From positions 18,166,001-18,230,000 of the forward strand of contig OZ024747.1 in assembly GCA_964016885.1 (NCBI GenBank): a stretch of DNA of 64,000 bases. Reading direction: 5' to 3'. The DNA comes from Eledone cirrhosa (Eukaryota). The translations under genes were made by a program, and so were the position numbers. Positions 26,688-41,380 of the stretch are shown here, in pieces; positions within the stretch are counted from its first letter, which is position 1, and every line of letters begins with the position of its first letter. Below the pieces are notes generated by a model. It was not told the DNA's origin, ran no database searches, and saw only the letters and a program-made list of their open reading frames with translations.

Positions 26688-28849
26688 AAATAATGTAGCC
26701 AATCAGCTGTCGTCCTCCACCTTTTATAATATGTAGTATAATCGATTGAACCTATTTCAGTACACAATTAGTACTTATAGTTAGATAAAATAAAGTACCA
26801 GTAATGCACTGGGTATTTGCTGGCCTTGTGCCTAAAGTAGATGGACCATTGAGCGGCAAGAGATCTCTTTTCCGCATGATCGCAAGCCTTGTCACGTATG
26901 TTATTCAATTGTACATCTATGGCAATGAAATCGCGATAATTGTAAAGCGATTTCTCTGCTGTCGATAAAATCCCAGATAGACGCATTGCTGAATGGTTTA
27001 GAGGTTTCTATTTGATCCAATTGTGAAACCGGATACACAAAAACTGTTTTGGAAGCCTTTCGGATGGATTGTACTTGTAATTCAAAAGTTCAGTCTTGTC
27101 AAACACTGTGTCACACTGAACCAAGAATTATGTTAAAAGTATACGTGTCTGCGGAATACTCAGCTACTTACACTTGGATTTTACGAGCAGGTCGATCTTC
27201 AGACCGAACTTTTGGGTCACATATAGTCGAAATCGACTGAGGTTCATTTATTTTTATGGATATACGTGAGTCAGTTCAAGATGTGTCTTTTGCCAGTTTT
27301 ACTGTTGAGATATAAAAAGTACCTTTCTCTTCCGAAAACCACATTTAGACAAAATACTACCGGGTTTAAGCAATTTAATACTTCAGTATTATACTTGTGA
27401 TTCGATTATTCACCTTCGTATTCTTGATATCTCTAAGTTCTGAGAATGTATATTTTTAATGGAATAACTGGGAGGTTCAAGATCTTAAGTAATCTTTAAC
27501 AGGTGTCCACGCAAATTCTTTGGATTTGATATGACTTAACTTTGCCTTTCATCCTTACGGGGTCGATAAAATAAAGCACCAGTAATGCACTGGGATAATT
27601 GCTGGCCTTGTGCCAAAAGTAGAAACAATTATATATATATATAATACAAACTTAATTAAATTGAGTGAATGAGAAAACGACCGAGGCTATATCAGTTACA
27701 TCGGACTAGCTTCGTTCCTTACACACGCACACACGCGCGCGCTTGTTTGTGTGTTAGTTTATTGTTTTGTTGTTGCTTTGTTCTTGTGGCAAATGATCAA
27801 ACTGGAGAATGAAGCTTATCGTTTATTGTAAATTTCACAGAATTAAGAAAAATGATAATGTAATGTTTTTATCTGACTTAACTCTTAACATCCTGTATAT
27901 GCCACTTGAAACAACATTAGCAATACGTTCTTAAAATGTACAGACTAAAGACTGTATCACATGTGAAATTAAAGTCTTTACCCTCTAATACTGTAAACAC
28001 ATTTTCACAACAATCTGTCCACAAGTAAAGATACTAAAAGCATTTGAATTGAATATGTTTTTTTTTTTTTTTTTTGCTAATTTATTACGGGATGTTCAAA
28101 GTTTAAACTTCGAGACGTCTCCGTTTCCATTCTCGTTAAAGATATTTGTTCGATGAAGATTTCTGAAGGTAACGGTGAAGCATATCATATTTCATGGTAT
28201 GTAATTGTATAGTTTCACAGATACGACATATTATAAACCTTATATTATTGTCTATGCCTACACGCATGTGTAGACACAAGCATGTACAGGGAGGGGGTCG
28301 TGCGCATGTATGTGTGTCAGAAAATTTGGGTATGTGGGTAATTTGTGTCTGGTATTTTGTGTGAAGGGGAGGGATATGTATGTTAGAATGCCTCAGTTTA
28401 TGTACGTTATATATATATATACTGTGTGTGAGGGATTCAGGGCTTTGGGGGTAGTGTTGTGTGCGTATGTACGTACGTTGTTATTGTTTAGCTCTAGGTC
28501 AGCCTTGATTAAAGATATTCCTGCCATGACCATCTCATATTTTTTAAAGTGTTTTTAAGATTGCTTTGGTTGTTATTTCTAGCAGATCGAGCGACAAACA
28601 AGAAGCTCCATATATAATATCATCCATCTACTGGCTTTGGAATTCTATCATTCATTTTTTTTTCTCAAGTGGCATCAACATAACTCTTAAGTCCCACACG
28701 TTCCGCCATAAGACTGAAGAAAGGGTTAAGAGTTTAGTCATGAAGCTGAGAAATATGGGTGACCCATCTCCAATTACTATTATATAGACCACTTGACACA
28801 TCTGGTTTACTCTAACACAGCTACATCTAAAATATATTGGTAACTCAAA

Positions 28850-28968
28850 TAATTGTTTCTATTTTGGGCACAAGGCCAGCAATTATTTCAGTGCATTACT
28901 GGTACTTTATTTTATCGATCCCGTAAGGATGAAAGGCAAAGATAACCTCGGCGGGATTTGAACTCAGA
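28850..28968 (-). mobile_element. SINE family A, 5'-truncated
   Basis: 3' two-thirds of the consensus. Other partial copies near 10494, 23385, 23719, 26784, 27536, 41780 and 42325. Confidence 0.75.
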
Positions 28969-30269
28969 CCCCGCCGATTGGTAATTCAAATAATACACAG
29001 CGAATTGGCAAAGAAGCTAGAACGTAAAATAAAATACCTTACGGTGTTTGTTATGGTTCTTTGCGCTTTGAATTCAAATCTCTGACGTCAACTTTGCCTT
29101 TCCTCCTTTCGGGATCGATCAACAAATTCGCAGACTCTGAAAAGGGCATTGCTCTTCCTTCCCTGACCAAAACAGTAATAAAAAATGTTCACTCACATAC
29201 ACATTCAGACAAAATGACAGCCATTCTTTCCTTTTCTATTCATTGACAAGTCCAAAGATCTTTTTAGTATTTATAAATGAACACAGCTATAAGTACTAAA
29301 ATAAACTGGTACACAGCTATAAATACTGGTATCATACCCATTGAAAATACTCGTCATATCCATCACTTGTGCCAGTCTGTCTGGACGGGATCACTTGTTT
29401 ATTTAATCATAGCCGTAATGAAGTCGGACTTTAATTACACTTCAGTTGATTAGTAAATAGTCTCAGGCGTGAACCTAATACCATTTGTAACTTGTACTCC
29501 TGCGTTGTTGTTTTTTGTATTCCATATATATATATATATAACTTAGAAAAACTTTTTTTTTTTTTTTTTCATAAATTCATAACGGTATTTCCTGAGTTCA
29601 ACTTGATCTAAATAGTATGGTCTCTGAATTTATATAATTCTAAATAAACGTCGTGATAGTTTCACAGCCAGTTAACTAGTTTCTAAATCTTATCTCTTCT
29701 TAACACCAACTTGCTAATCATCCGGTTTTCATTCAACAAACACACCCACATTTTTAAGTCAGTCAAATACCTGACTTGCCTTAACAGCACAATACAATTT
29801 ATTTTCCTGAATTGTTTATCTAATTTGAATGAAAAACGTTCGATGTGATGCATAGTTCACCAACCACTTCGTTTTAAATTCAATCCTGGGACATGTCGGT
29901 TGTTGTTTAACCTTTTTTATACCAAACCGCCCTGGATTTATAATACATATCTGCTCGTTTTAAAGTGTATTGGTTTCTAATTTAGACATGGGGTCACCAT
30001 TTGAGGGGAAGGGAAAGTCGATTACACCGACACTAATGCATAACCGGTACTTTATTCTATCGATTCTGGAGTGATGAAAGTCAGAGTTTACCTTGGTCGG
30101 ATTTGAACTCAGAACTTAAAAAGCCGCAACTAAATGCTTCAAATCATTTTGTTCAACACTAACGATTCTGTCAATCCCTTGTTTATCCTTATATTGAAAC
30201 CATCCTTAATAGCAACCAAGTCCATAAAATCACGCCCTGCCATTTAAAAAAATGGAAGAATATATTAAA

Positions 30270-30458
30270 TAATTGTTTCTACTTTAGGCACAAGGCCAGC
30301 AATTATCCAGTGCATTACTGGTACTTTATTTTATCGACCCCGTAAGGATGAAAGGCAAAGTCAACCTCGGCGGGATTTGAACTCAGATCGTAAAGGGACG
30401 TAACTATGCTGGAAAGCATGGCGTCCGACCCTCTACCGATACTGCCAATCCACCGCCC
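30270..30458 (-). mobile_element. SINE family A, full length with TSD
   Basis: Near-consensus copy flanked by ATATATTAAATAAT on both sides. Confidence 0.9.
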
Positions 30459-30915
30459 TTATATATTAAATAATGTAGTCTTAGATGCAATATGTAAAAA
30501 CGTTTTCTAAAAAAAGTCGACTGCGAGTGAGTTGGAGGTCAGATTAGTTGAAAACCCACGAAAAAATAATACACAGAACCCTAGCTGGTGCTTTTCTATA
30601 AATTTACCATAACTTTTTGTAAAGGCATACTATATCTAGGATTACATTATGCAATGCGTCCTTACTTACGGATGTGATTTAACGGAGATTTGGCTGCATT
30701 AAGTTCTTGGGCATGAACGTCGCACATTCACATGTCTGCTTGTTCTGTGGTTACAGATAGTATCTAGTAAAATTTAAGCTCTAGGGTACGGCATGAACAT
30801 TACACGTCATTCATTTTCAATCTATTGACAATTTTCATCTTCTTCCATTTTATATACCTATATCGAAAGTTCTCCGCCATTAATATTCGACACGATGTCT
30901 ATCTCTTAATACATT

Positions 30916-30963
<48 letters not shown>

Positions 30964-31584
30964 GACAGCTCTCACTAATAATGTCTTCGTGTTTCTGCGA
31001 AACAGAATAAAGTGTTTTTTTTTTGTTGTTGTTGGTATTTTAATATTATTTTTATTGCACGAAACCCTAACTGTTTAAATAAAGGCGTAGACAAGAACTA
31101 ACAGATATCGTTGCTAGATATGTAACGTAAACAAAAACAACTGACCTAGTCTTCAGAGAAGAAACAGTAATAAAAAGAAATATCACAATTTCTGCTAAAT
31201 TTCTAAATAGAACACGCTGTCATTTAAACACATGACAGTTTATATAATATATATATATATATATGTATATATGGTGGCTGCCAACTCGTTTTCGAGTACG
31301 GCCACTACTTTATATCCATGTAGGAGAACCCCTACCGATGCGCTGAACGAGTGTGACTTTTTAGTCCAGCCAGCGACTTGAAAACTCTGGTACAAACACT
31401 ACACTTGTGACAATTATTGACACATAGTGCTGGGCCCATGGTACCATGTGACGACAAGTGCAGAGAGATCTCCAGATATAAAGCAATGCCTGTGCCGTGA
31501 AGCTTTTATAGTGAGCAAAGGCACTGCACAAAGCCAGTCCCACTCTCTTAACCAAGATGATATTTACCAAAAAGAAGAACAAGT

Positions 31585-31883
31585 CAACATCATTGGATAC
31601 CATCAGGGTTGCAGGTGTTATATCAGAGTTTTCCTTCTCCTAGAATTCTGCCTTGACAAAGGCTAAGGGGTCATCTCTCCCGGTGATTTTGGATGGCCAT
31701 TGACTCTTAAGAGCTCCTTTGCCCTTTGACAGGTTTTGTTTTTAGTCCTGCAGGATGTCCAAAGTCACCCTCCTCACCAAGAAACCTTGGTGGGGTTGCC
31801 AGTTTAGTCGCCAACGACCCGACCATGAGACAGGTTGTACTGGGATACATGTTACCAGTAGCACCAACTGGTGACCTGACATA
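31585..31883 (-). mobile_element. Probable 5' leader of an RTE-type retroelement
   Basis: Homologous, diverged segments at 17224-17460 (+) and ~16530-16600 (+). Contains CTAGGAGAAGGAAAACTCTGA, which I recall from RTE 5' regions. No ORF support. Confidence 0.4.
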
Positions 31884-34800
31884 ATGTATATATACATACA
31901 TACATACACACATACATATGACGTATCTTTACCCAAACACTCGGCCACTGTACTCACTATATAACTATTATGTATGCACTCTGAACATTGAGATGCAGTT
32001 CCACAACTGAAAGCTTATTGCCTCATTGAGTGAGAGGGTCGTGGCCGGAGATCGCTGAAATAACATCACTGACTTTCGTCAACTGTGTGTATGTATGTAT
32101 GTATGTATATATATATATAACAGTTCAAATTCCCTTTCTATTATTCAAAATTAAAAAGCAAAAACAAATAAATAACAAATAAAAAAAGAACATCGAAGGC
32201 GATGTCCCAGCATGGCCGCAGTACATGATGGAAGCTAGCAAAAATAACATGACATAGAGAATGTAGAAAATATTTCGAGCAGAAAAAAAATTAATTTAAT
32301 CATAACTCTCTAAAAACCTAGATTGTAAACTAGCTATAAATGCTTTCTTGCAGCTCAATCTCGTGTGATTATTGGTGTGTTATAAACATTTAAAATATAA
32401 ATCTCACTTAAGTGGATATTTTAACCTGGGGGCGGGTAGATGTGGTGTTTACGGCTGGGTCGAAACATCATCGATCATGGTTGTGTGTTCAGGGCTGACC
32501 TGGGGCTATATATTATCAGGTCTCATAGAGTAAAAACACTTTCCTTTTAATGTAAAAACAGTTGTTGCTTAAAACCATATCAAGCCCTGATCCAGCTGGC
32601 CTTTAATCAAAGGCATTCTAGCCTTGAACATCGCATCTTTTTTCTCCCTCTTCACATATATAGTTAGGAGATATATTATCAAATATGTCTTTTCCTTATT
32701 AAAGATTTGGCTAGTTTTTTTTTTAACAGATTGAACGACCTTGTAGGGATTCCATTGTTATTGCTGTTAGAAGGCAACTGATGTTGTTTAGCTCCTGGTC
32801 TACTCTGATCAAGCAGTTCTTTGATGAAAGGCATTCTAGTCATGACCATCTCCTCCCCTCCGCCCATGTACTGGGAAATCAGGTGCACATTACCCCAAGT
32901 ATTTTTTGAAGACAGTAGGGTGTGATTTGAAACAGATTTGATTGTTATTTTGAGCAGGTTGAGCTACCACATAGAGGATCTTTTGTTGGCTCTTTTAAGC
33001 GAGAGTATATTTGTGAGGTGTCAACAGTCTTAGTTGACCACTTAAGAGCCAGAGTGTTTACCTTTCATCCCATGATAAATATGTGAGAGATGTATTGTTA
33101 TTTAAATGTGTCCTTTTATAAACTGTTTGTTTGTTTAGCCCTGCTTTAGTAGATCAAAGGCATTATAACCTTGAACATACTGTTTTTGGGGGGTGGGGGA
33201 TGTATCTAAAAATACATTATTTACCTTTTTAATCTTTTTGATACCAAACCACCCCTTGTACTATGACACAAATTGCTTCTTTTTATAAAAAAACCTTACA
33301 TCATAATTTTACGTATGAACCTTTAAGTTACGTTCTAAACATCAGCTTAAGGGGAAAGTCTGTTATTTTAATAAATCTCTGCACATTCTAGATTATTTTG
33401 AAAGTTGTTTAAAAACCATAGGCATTGTCTTTCATTAGAAATATGTTAATGAAAAGGTTAAGATAGAAAGAGTTTGATTTGAAGGCTTGCAGTTGAGTAG
33501 ACAATGCTAAAGACACAAATTTGCCAGGTGTTGGTATTAAACTGTATCTCAGATTAAGCCTGCCTGCCCCAAAACAATTTTTGGGTTGCCACACAGTTTC
33601 ATATGCCCAATTTCAATTTCTACCTTGGGTCTATTTGAAGCTATAGAAAAAGACACCTGTCCTGTGTCACCACCTGTAGTACTACAACTACTTCTACTGA
33701 TCCAACAAGCTGTGCAACCACTCTATGCATATACCTTTCCTCCCCCATGCCTCACTTTGTGAAAGGCAAAGTCAATTATCTCTTACATTGCAACCCAACT
33801 GAGACTGCTGAACCAAACTGTTGATATTTAAATTAAAATCACTATCAAAATCTCATGAATGATCTCCTGAGACTTCAGTTAGTCAACATGATATAATGTA
33901 TGCAGTATATAAATTTTACTGATATTTTACTAATCCACTCTCAATTCTTGAATATCATCATCGTTTTTTTGTGTCCACTTTTTGTATGCTGTTATGGATT
34001 AAATGAGGCAGTATTCTATAGCTGGATGTCCTTACCATAGCTAACTCTTTTTTTTCAGTAAGTTTCTTATCTTTGCATGTTGGGCTGGCAAGCAATTGAA
34101 CGTTTGTTTGTGTGGGGCATAAACAAACGTCTGTGCCAGTGGTGTCAAATGCAGATCAATGACACTGAGACACACGCCCATACATACATTTACAAGAAGA
34201 GCTTTGTATAGTTTCTGTCTAACAAATTCCCTCACAAGACATTGTTCAGCATGGTTATAGTAGAAGATATTTGCTTAAGGTATCATGTAGGGGGATAGAA
34301 CCCGAGACTAAATGATTTTGAAGCAAGCTTCTTAACCACACAGCCATGTCTGCACCTCAAATATAGTTCTAGTGAGATTAGAAAATGTGTTTGCATTACT
34401 TTTTGCTTGTGTGGGTGGGTATGGGTTTTTGCAAAGGATATCTTACAAGCTGTATATTACAAATTTGTTTGTCAACTCTAGCTAACCATGCTAGCTCTAT
34501 AAAGAAGGAGATATGTAATCTATTGTCAGACTAGCAGATGGAAGCAAACAATGTTAAATATCTTGTCCTGTGTCATAAAAGGTGACTAAAAAGGTTGGTG
34601 TCAGGAAAGGCATATAAAACATTGTCTTAAACCATCCCACCCAAAATCATGCCTGCATAGAAAAGTGGATGTAAAAATGATGATATTGATATGTTAGATC
34701 GGAAAAAAAACCTGCTCATGTCAAGCTAACAAGGAAGCCTATGTAGTCACTTCACCAATTAAAAACAGCAGTCAAATCTTCCCCAAGTTACACTCTACCC

Positions 34801-34983
34801 TTTTCAAAAAGGAAGAACATATTAGATAATGTAATCCTGGATACAATTTCTGAAAAAAAGGATATGATGGTTATGGCTGGAACACTATTGATTGTAGGGC
34901 TGTTTGGAACTGGAGGCAAAACAACAATCAAATCATATCCTTATAACTTTCAACATTGAGAAGGAGATATAAGATCTGTAAAT

Positions 34984-35129
34984 CAGTGACACTCAACCCC
35001 TAGGGTAGGGGGACACAACAAAGGTAGTCCATGAGCTTGTTGAATAGACCTTTCAAATGTCTAGGGTCCATGGGAAAATTCTGTAAAATAAACAGGATCT
35101 TGGGTAGGGAAAAGATTATAAAACCACTG
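34984..35129. mobile_element. hAT (Charlie-like) MITE
   Basis: CAGTG...CACTG termini, 8-bp TSD CTGTAAAT/CTCTAAAT. Confidence 0.6.
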
Positions 35130-36519
35130 CTCTAAATCTAAAGTCATTGCCATGTTTGTTTTCTTTCAATTAGGTTTTCCAAAGCTCAAGTTTTGTATTA
35201 TTGTTTATATCTACATACACATGTCCTGCCTTCACCTAGCCACCTACATATGTTATTGATGTTGCTGCTGTTGTTGCTATTGTTGCCTGAAGTACCAAAC
35301 TTATAAATAAATTGATGGTAATTGAAAGAAGCTTTTGTTTTTATGCCAAGCCTGCAGAGTTGGAATTATGAAAAGGAAATATATGACATCCACTCCAAAA
35401 ACAGTGTGGGAGATATAAACGCACGCATACACACACAATTGACATTGGTGCTTTTGTTAAGGAATGGAAGGTTAAAATATTTCTCAATATATATAGAATC
35501 TAAATATTGGTGACCCACCCCTCCACATATATGTTATATGATAAATAGCTGGGTAGGTCAGAAACTTTCTAATGAGAAAAATGCCTGGTCAGTATAGTTT
35601 TGAAAGGGAAGAGGCTAGTTTTGTTAACATTTCATGAAAGGGTTAATTAGTTAAAAGTATTAATTAGTTTTTAAGGTGATCGTACTGGTGCCATGACAAA
35701 AAGCAGCCAGTTCACCTTGTAGGTCACTCATACTGGAGCCATGAAAAAAGCTCCTATTACACACAATTACCTGCTGCCTATCCGTCTTTTGGAAATAATA
35801 AGAAATTTGGAAAGATTTAGTAGATATTTGTGGGGGCATGTGGCTTAGTGGTTAAATTGTTTGGTTTATAATCGTAAGGTAATGAGTTCAATTCCTGCCC
35901 ACACCAAGAAGCATATTTGTCTCCTTGAACAAAAATTTACAGTGACATGCTTATTCCGAAACTTGGTTTTAGAATTATTCAAAATTAGTATGCCCACCCA
36001 AAATGTTCTGAAGTCCTCACCTCCATTGAAATACCAAAGCCTGGCAACAGAGAGAGACAGGGAGGAAAGGATTGTGTGAGTAGTGTGGGAGGGAATAAAA
36101 TGAGGAGGAAGAATAGTAAAAATTTGTAGCAAGGGCAGAGGTCTGAAATAAAAGGGAGGTGGTGAGGGTCAGGTGAAGTCAATTATGTAGATTGAGAAGA
36201 TAGGACAATGGACAAAAGAGACAATTGTAGAATAGAACCCCTGTATAAAGGGTCAGAGGAGGAGAAGGGAAAGCTGATGTGAGGAAGGCAGGGTATAATG
36301 GCCTAAGAAGGAGGGAGGTGACAATAGGGTGAAATAGACAGTGAACAATGTGTACTAACTGCAGAAAATGATGTGTACCAGCATAGTATGTACAGTGTAT
36401 GCACATAATCATTATGGAGGTAAACAGTGGGGTTAATCAGAGCATAACAATTGCTGCATCTTTGCATTTCTTGTACGTGGTGTGCATCCTTGCACAGTGT
36501 TTGCAACTACTGTGGCTGT

Positions 36520-37420
36520 TGATGTTGCAGTTATTTCTGTGTGTATGTGTATTTTATATTGTGTGCTACAGTTATTTTTGTGTATATGTACGGTATATAT
36601 TATGCTGTGTGTTGCAGCCATTTCTGTGTGCATACTGTATGCTGTGTTACAGCTATTTCTGTGTGTATGTGTACTTTATACTGTGTGTTACAGTTATTTC
36701 TGTGTATGTAATCCCTGTGCTGTGTTTTAGAGCTATTCCTGTGTGTATGTATATATTATGTTGTGTGTTACAGCTATTTCTGTGTATGTATATAACATGC
36801 TGTGTGTTACAGCTATTTCTCTGTGTGTGTGTATATATGTTGTGTGTTACAGCTATTTCTATGTGTATATATTATGTTGTGTGTTACAGCTATTTCTGTG
36901 TGTATATATATATCATGCTGTGTGTTACAGCTATTTCTGTGTGTATGTATATATCATGCTGTGTGTTACAGCTATTTCTGTGTATGTATATATTATGTTG
37001 TGTGTTACAGTTATTTCTGTGTGTGTGTATATTATGTTGTGTGTTACAGTTATTTCTCTGTGTGTATATATTATGTTGTGTGTTACAGTTATTTCTGTGT
37101 ATGTATATATTATGTTGTGTGTTACAGTTATTTCTGTGTGTGTGTATATTATGTTGTGTGTTACAGTTATTTCTGTGTGTGTATATATTATGTTGTGTGT
37201 TACAGTTATTTCTGTGTATGTATATATTATGTTGTGTGTTACAGTTATTTCTGTGTGTGTGTTACAGCTATTTCTGTGTGTATATATTATGCTGTGTGTT
37301 ACAGCTATTTCTGTGTATATGTGTATATTATGCTGTGTGTGTGTATATATATATATTATGCTGTGTATTACAGCTATTTCTGTGTGTGTGTATATATCAT
37401 GTATTGTTGCTGTCTCTTTG
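36520..37420. repeat. ~40-bp minisatellite
   Basis: Unit about TATATTATGTTGTGTGTTACAGTTATTTCTGTGTGTGTA, roughly 20 copies, degenerate at the edges. Confidence 0.9.
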
Positions 37421-37564
37421 TGTATGTATACTTTATGCTGGTCCAGGTTGAGTAAGAGAGATAGTGCTTTAGGATGCCTGGTTGAGTCAGGCTATTTGGT
37501 GTCAGGGACTAGTGATGGGGATTGTAGCTTGAGGACAACAAACTGTACCCCTCATAAGGGTAGA

Positions 37565-37843
37565 AATAAAGACAAAAGCAAATGCCAGTCCTACCCCAGG
37601 GTCCAAAACAAACCACAAACTAGAGAGAACACAGAATAGCACACTACTCTTTATAACAGGTTGTACAGACTACTAAAACAAAAACATTAAATAAGTCCAG
37701 ATGGTCTTATAATATTTAGTGTTCTTGTATTAGTTGTCTGTGTACAACTTGTTATGAAGGGCAGTGCGCTATTTTAGGTTCTTTATAGTTTATGGTTGGC
37801 TGTGGGCCCTGGAGTAGGACTAGCATTTGCTTTTGTCTTTATT
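37565..37843. repeat. Older ~280-bp fold-back inverted repeat
   Basis: AATAAAGACAAAAGCAAATGC... pairs with ...GCATTTGCTTTTGTCTTTATT. Arms ~130 bp, roughly 80% complementary by eye. Confidence 0.85.
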
Positions 37844-38605
37844 GCTACATCAACCACCATGGAGATTATATATAAGATAAAACACTGGAAAAATATATTT
37901 TTAAAAAAACAGAAATCGTTTTGAAAGCAGCAAAATAAATAAACAAAACATAGCTACTGGTGGCTTTGACAGCTTGTGATCTTGTCATTAAAGAGTAACT
38001 AAACAATCTTGTATTTCTTCAACTGGACCCTGTGTATTTGGGGAGATGTGGGGGTGGGGGGTTGCCTCTGTGTTTGGGGAGGTGTGTGTGGGGGGGTCTC
38101 TGTGTTTGGGGAGGTGTGGGGGTGCTTGTGTGGGTATGTGGGGGTTGTCTCTGTGTGTGTGTGTGTGGGTCTGGCTGTGTGTGTCATTGAGAAGAGGGAA
38201 GGGAGTTGCAGCGGTGATTTACTAAATTAGAATATATATCATCTGAGATCCAATGCTATTGACATAGACAGATGGTGGTGGTGCTGCTGCTTCCAACCAG
38301 GTCCTTTTTTTTTTGTTTTACATCCCCCCCCCCCACTCTCTCCCCCTCACTCTCTTCCCCAGGAGAGCCAACCTAACAAAATGAAGGAATAGTAAGCGGT
38401 CCATGAATTTCCTTGAGACCCCTAAGAAAAATTAGTAGTGTGTGTGGATGGGGTTAATAAGAGGAGGTTAAGTTGGAGGTCACCAGATTGGTTCCATCTA
38501 CAGATTCCTTGCTCCTTTCATGGATTCCAGCTGCTATATATCATTTCTTTAGCGCCCCCCTCTCTACTGCAACAGCGTTATCATCATCATAAATATGGAA
38601 TATAA

Positions 38606-38664
<59 letters not shown>

Positions 38665-38725
38665 CTATCAACTTACATTTTGTATGGAATGTACAGGGCA
38701 AGGTGTAAATAAATGTTTGTTAGCT

Positions 38726-38787
<62 letters not shown>

Positions 38788-39012
38788 TACACACACATAT
38801 ATATATATACACACACATATATATATACACATATATATATATATATGTGTGCGTGCGTGATTAACTGGATGAATGTTTTATCTCATTCTCAGGCTTCTTC
38901 CTTTACTTTATTCTCAACCGGCCATGATTATATTTCATGTTTCATATGTGTGTGTGCACACGTGTGTATGTGTATATATATATATATATATATGTGTGTG
39001 TGCACACGTGTG

Positions 39013-39055
<43 letters not shown>

Positions 39056-39135
39056 TAGTATATATGTATGTGTATATATAATATATATATGTATATATAT
39101 ATATATATGTGTGTGTGCGCACACGTGTGTTTGTG

Positions 39136-39173
<38 letters not shown>

Positions 39174-40203
39174 TTAGTATATATGTATGTATGTGTATAT
39201 GTGTATATATAATATTATGTATGTATATATGTGTGTGAGTGTGTGCATATATGTGTGTGTATATAATCTTGTCAGTAACCTTTGGATAAAGTGTAAATAG
39301 ATGTTACTAGTTTATGTTCAACCAGCTGAATGTCTTTGCCCAATCTTCTTTGTATTCTTAGCCAGAAACGTGGAGGTAGTAAAAAATTGTGGTGTAGCAT
39401 TGAATCCCAGCACCTGGGGGTGCAAAACCACTTTTGGTGCCCTTGCTTTAATTAAATCATAAGGAGCCAAAGAAAAGTTTACATCCCTCTATAACTGTAC
39501 CCCTTTTGGTATTCTGATTAAAAAAAACAACCCATAGACATGCTTTGTCTTTGTTCAGTAATGTTGTGAATTTCTGGTTTACTTAAAGTATAACATATCT
39601 GTGTATATTGCAAAAAATAACTAAAAGGGTTAGTACTAGAAAGGACATCCATCTGTAAAGCATTGCTTCCAAGAGCGCTCCATGATAAATATAAAGCATT
39701 TGTCCTGCAAGGCTAATCCTTGCTTTATCAGGGAAAATAGCATTAAAATTGCTGTTGTTATTGTGTTGCTGTTTATGATGTGTCTACATTCTGTGTTTAT
39801 GTTATATGTAGATTAAGAATGCTGAAAATGCAGTTTACAAATTGCAAGTCTGCTTTTAGAAAATTATTCACTTTCTCATGGCTTACATCTATTATTATAG
39901 GATGGTTCTGTAATTTCTTTCATATTTGTAGCATGACAAAATACTGTGAAGCCTCAGTTAAAATCTCTGTCTTTGATGATCCAACAAGAAACCCTTTAAA
40001 CCAAGGTTGTCAGATTAATTTCATAAAATGTAGCCCCAAATTTTCAAGAAATAGTGGATTGTGTTAAAAATTAGACCACAATGAAAATGTTACAGATAAA
40101 TTTTATATATATATATATATATGAGAAGTCAATAGACTTGCTTGAGTACTGACTCGGTGTGTGAAGGCCTGTCCAACCCTTGCTAGTAGGGAAAACTGAC
40201 ATT

Positions 40204-40385
40204 ATTGGCAGTATCGGTAGAGGGTCGGACGCCATGCTTTGCAGCATAGAGTTACGGCCCTTGCCATTCTGAGTTCAAATCCCGCCGAGGTTAACTTTGC
40301 CTTTCATCCTTACGGGGTCGATAAAATAAAGTACCAGTAATACACTGGTTAATTGCTGGCCTTGTGCCAAAAGTAAAAACAATTA
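40204..40385 (+). mobile_element. SINE family A
   Basis: Match to consensus (GGCCCTTGCCATTCTG subfamily variant, as at 4111 and 26501). Confidence 0.85.
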
Positions 40386-40717
40386 AATTATGATAGTATG
40401 AATCTGGCAAATCCACTTTAAATGGTAGCTTGTCCTGACAGCAATAGACATCAAATTTTCCTCCAATCATATCTATGTGCCCCATCTCCCTTATAATTAG
40501 ATAATAGAATGGTAGTAGGGATTAATTTATGAATGGCTGTTTACAAGAATTAAACCATTTGATGTAAGGAACAACAAAGTGACACTAGCTTTTAGAATAG
40601 TTTCTGTGAAGTCTGTGTGTGTGGATATGTATATATATTGTGTGTGTATGTATACACACACACACACATACAGACACATGGAAAAGCAGACATAAAATGA
40701 TATATATATATATATAC

Positions 40718-40813
<96 letters not shown>

Positions 40814-40816
<3 letters not shown>

Positions 40817-41127
40817 CACATGGCTTAGTGGCAATCGGAAGGTTGTGAGTTCAATTCTCAGACCGGGTGATGTGTTGTTTCCTTGAACAAGACACTTTAT
40901 TTCACATTGCTCCAGTTTACTCAGCTGTAGAAATGAGATGATAGGGACTGGGGTCCCTATCATTCCACTGTAAAGTGGTCGTGGAGGTGCCACGGCAAAA
41001 AAGCACCCAGCACTCACTGTAAATGAGGTTGGTGTTAGGAAGGGCATCCAGCTGTAGAAATCAAGCCAGCATCAGTTTCTGTCTCACCCTTGCAAGCAGG
41101 GAAAAAGCGGACGTAAAATGAAATGAT
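40814..41127 (+). mobile_element. SINE family B, small deletion in the head
   Basis: Close match to the reverse complement of 3740-4086. Confidence 0.8.
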
Positions 41128-41380
41128 TATATATATATATACAAGGTAATCAGAAATAACAAAAACAACAAAACAACCGGCATAGTACATGGAAGAAACA
41201 TTAGTTTAACACACACAAATACACACATACATATATATATAGTGTGTGTATGTGTATTTATATAGTGTGTGTATGTGTATTTATAAAAATATCTATGTGT
41301 GTGTGGAACATTAGGAGATGTTTAAAAGGATGGAGCTGTTTGTGAATGAATGTTTGGATGTAAAAATGAGAGAAAGTACT

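Noticed and set aside
36399-37639. Cys/Val/Tyr-rich ORFs up to 350 aa
   Set aside because: Translation of a ~40-bp minisatellite.
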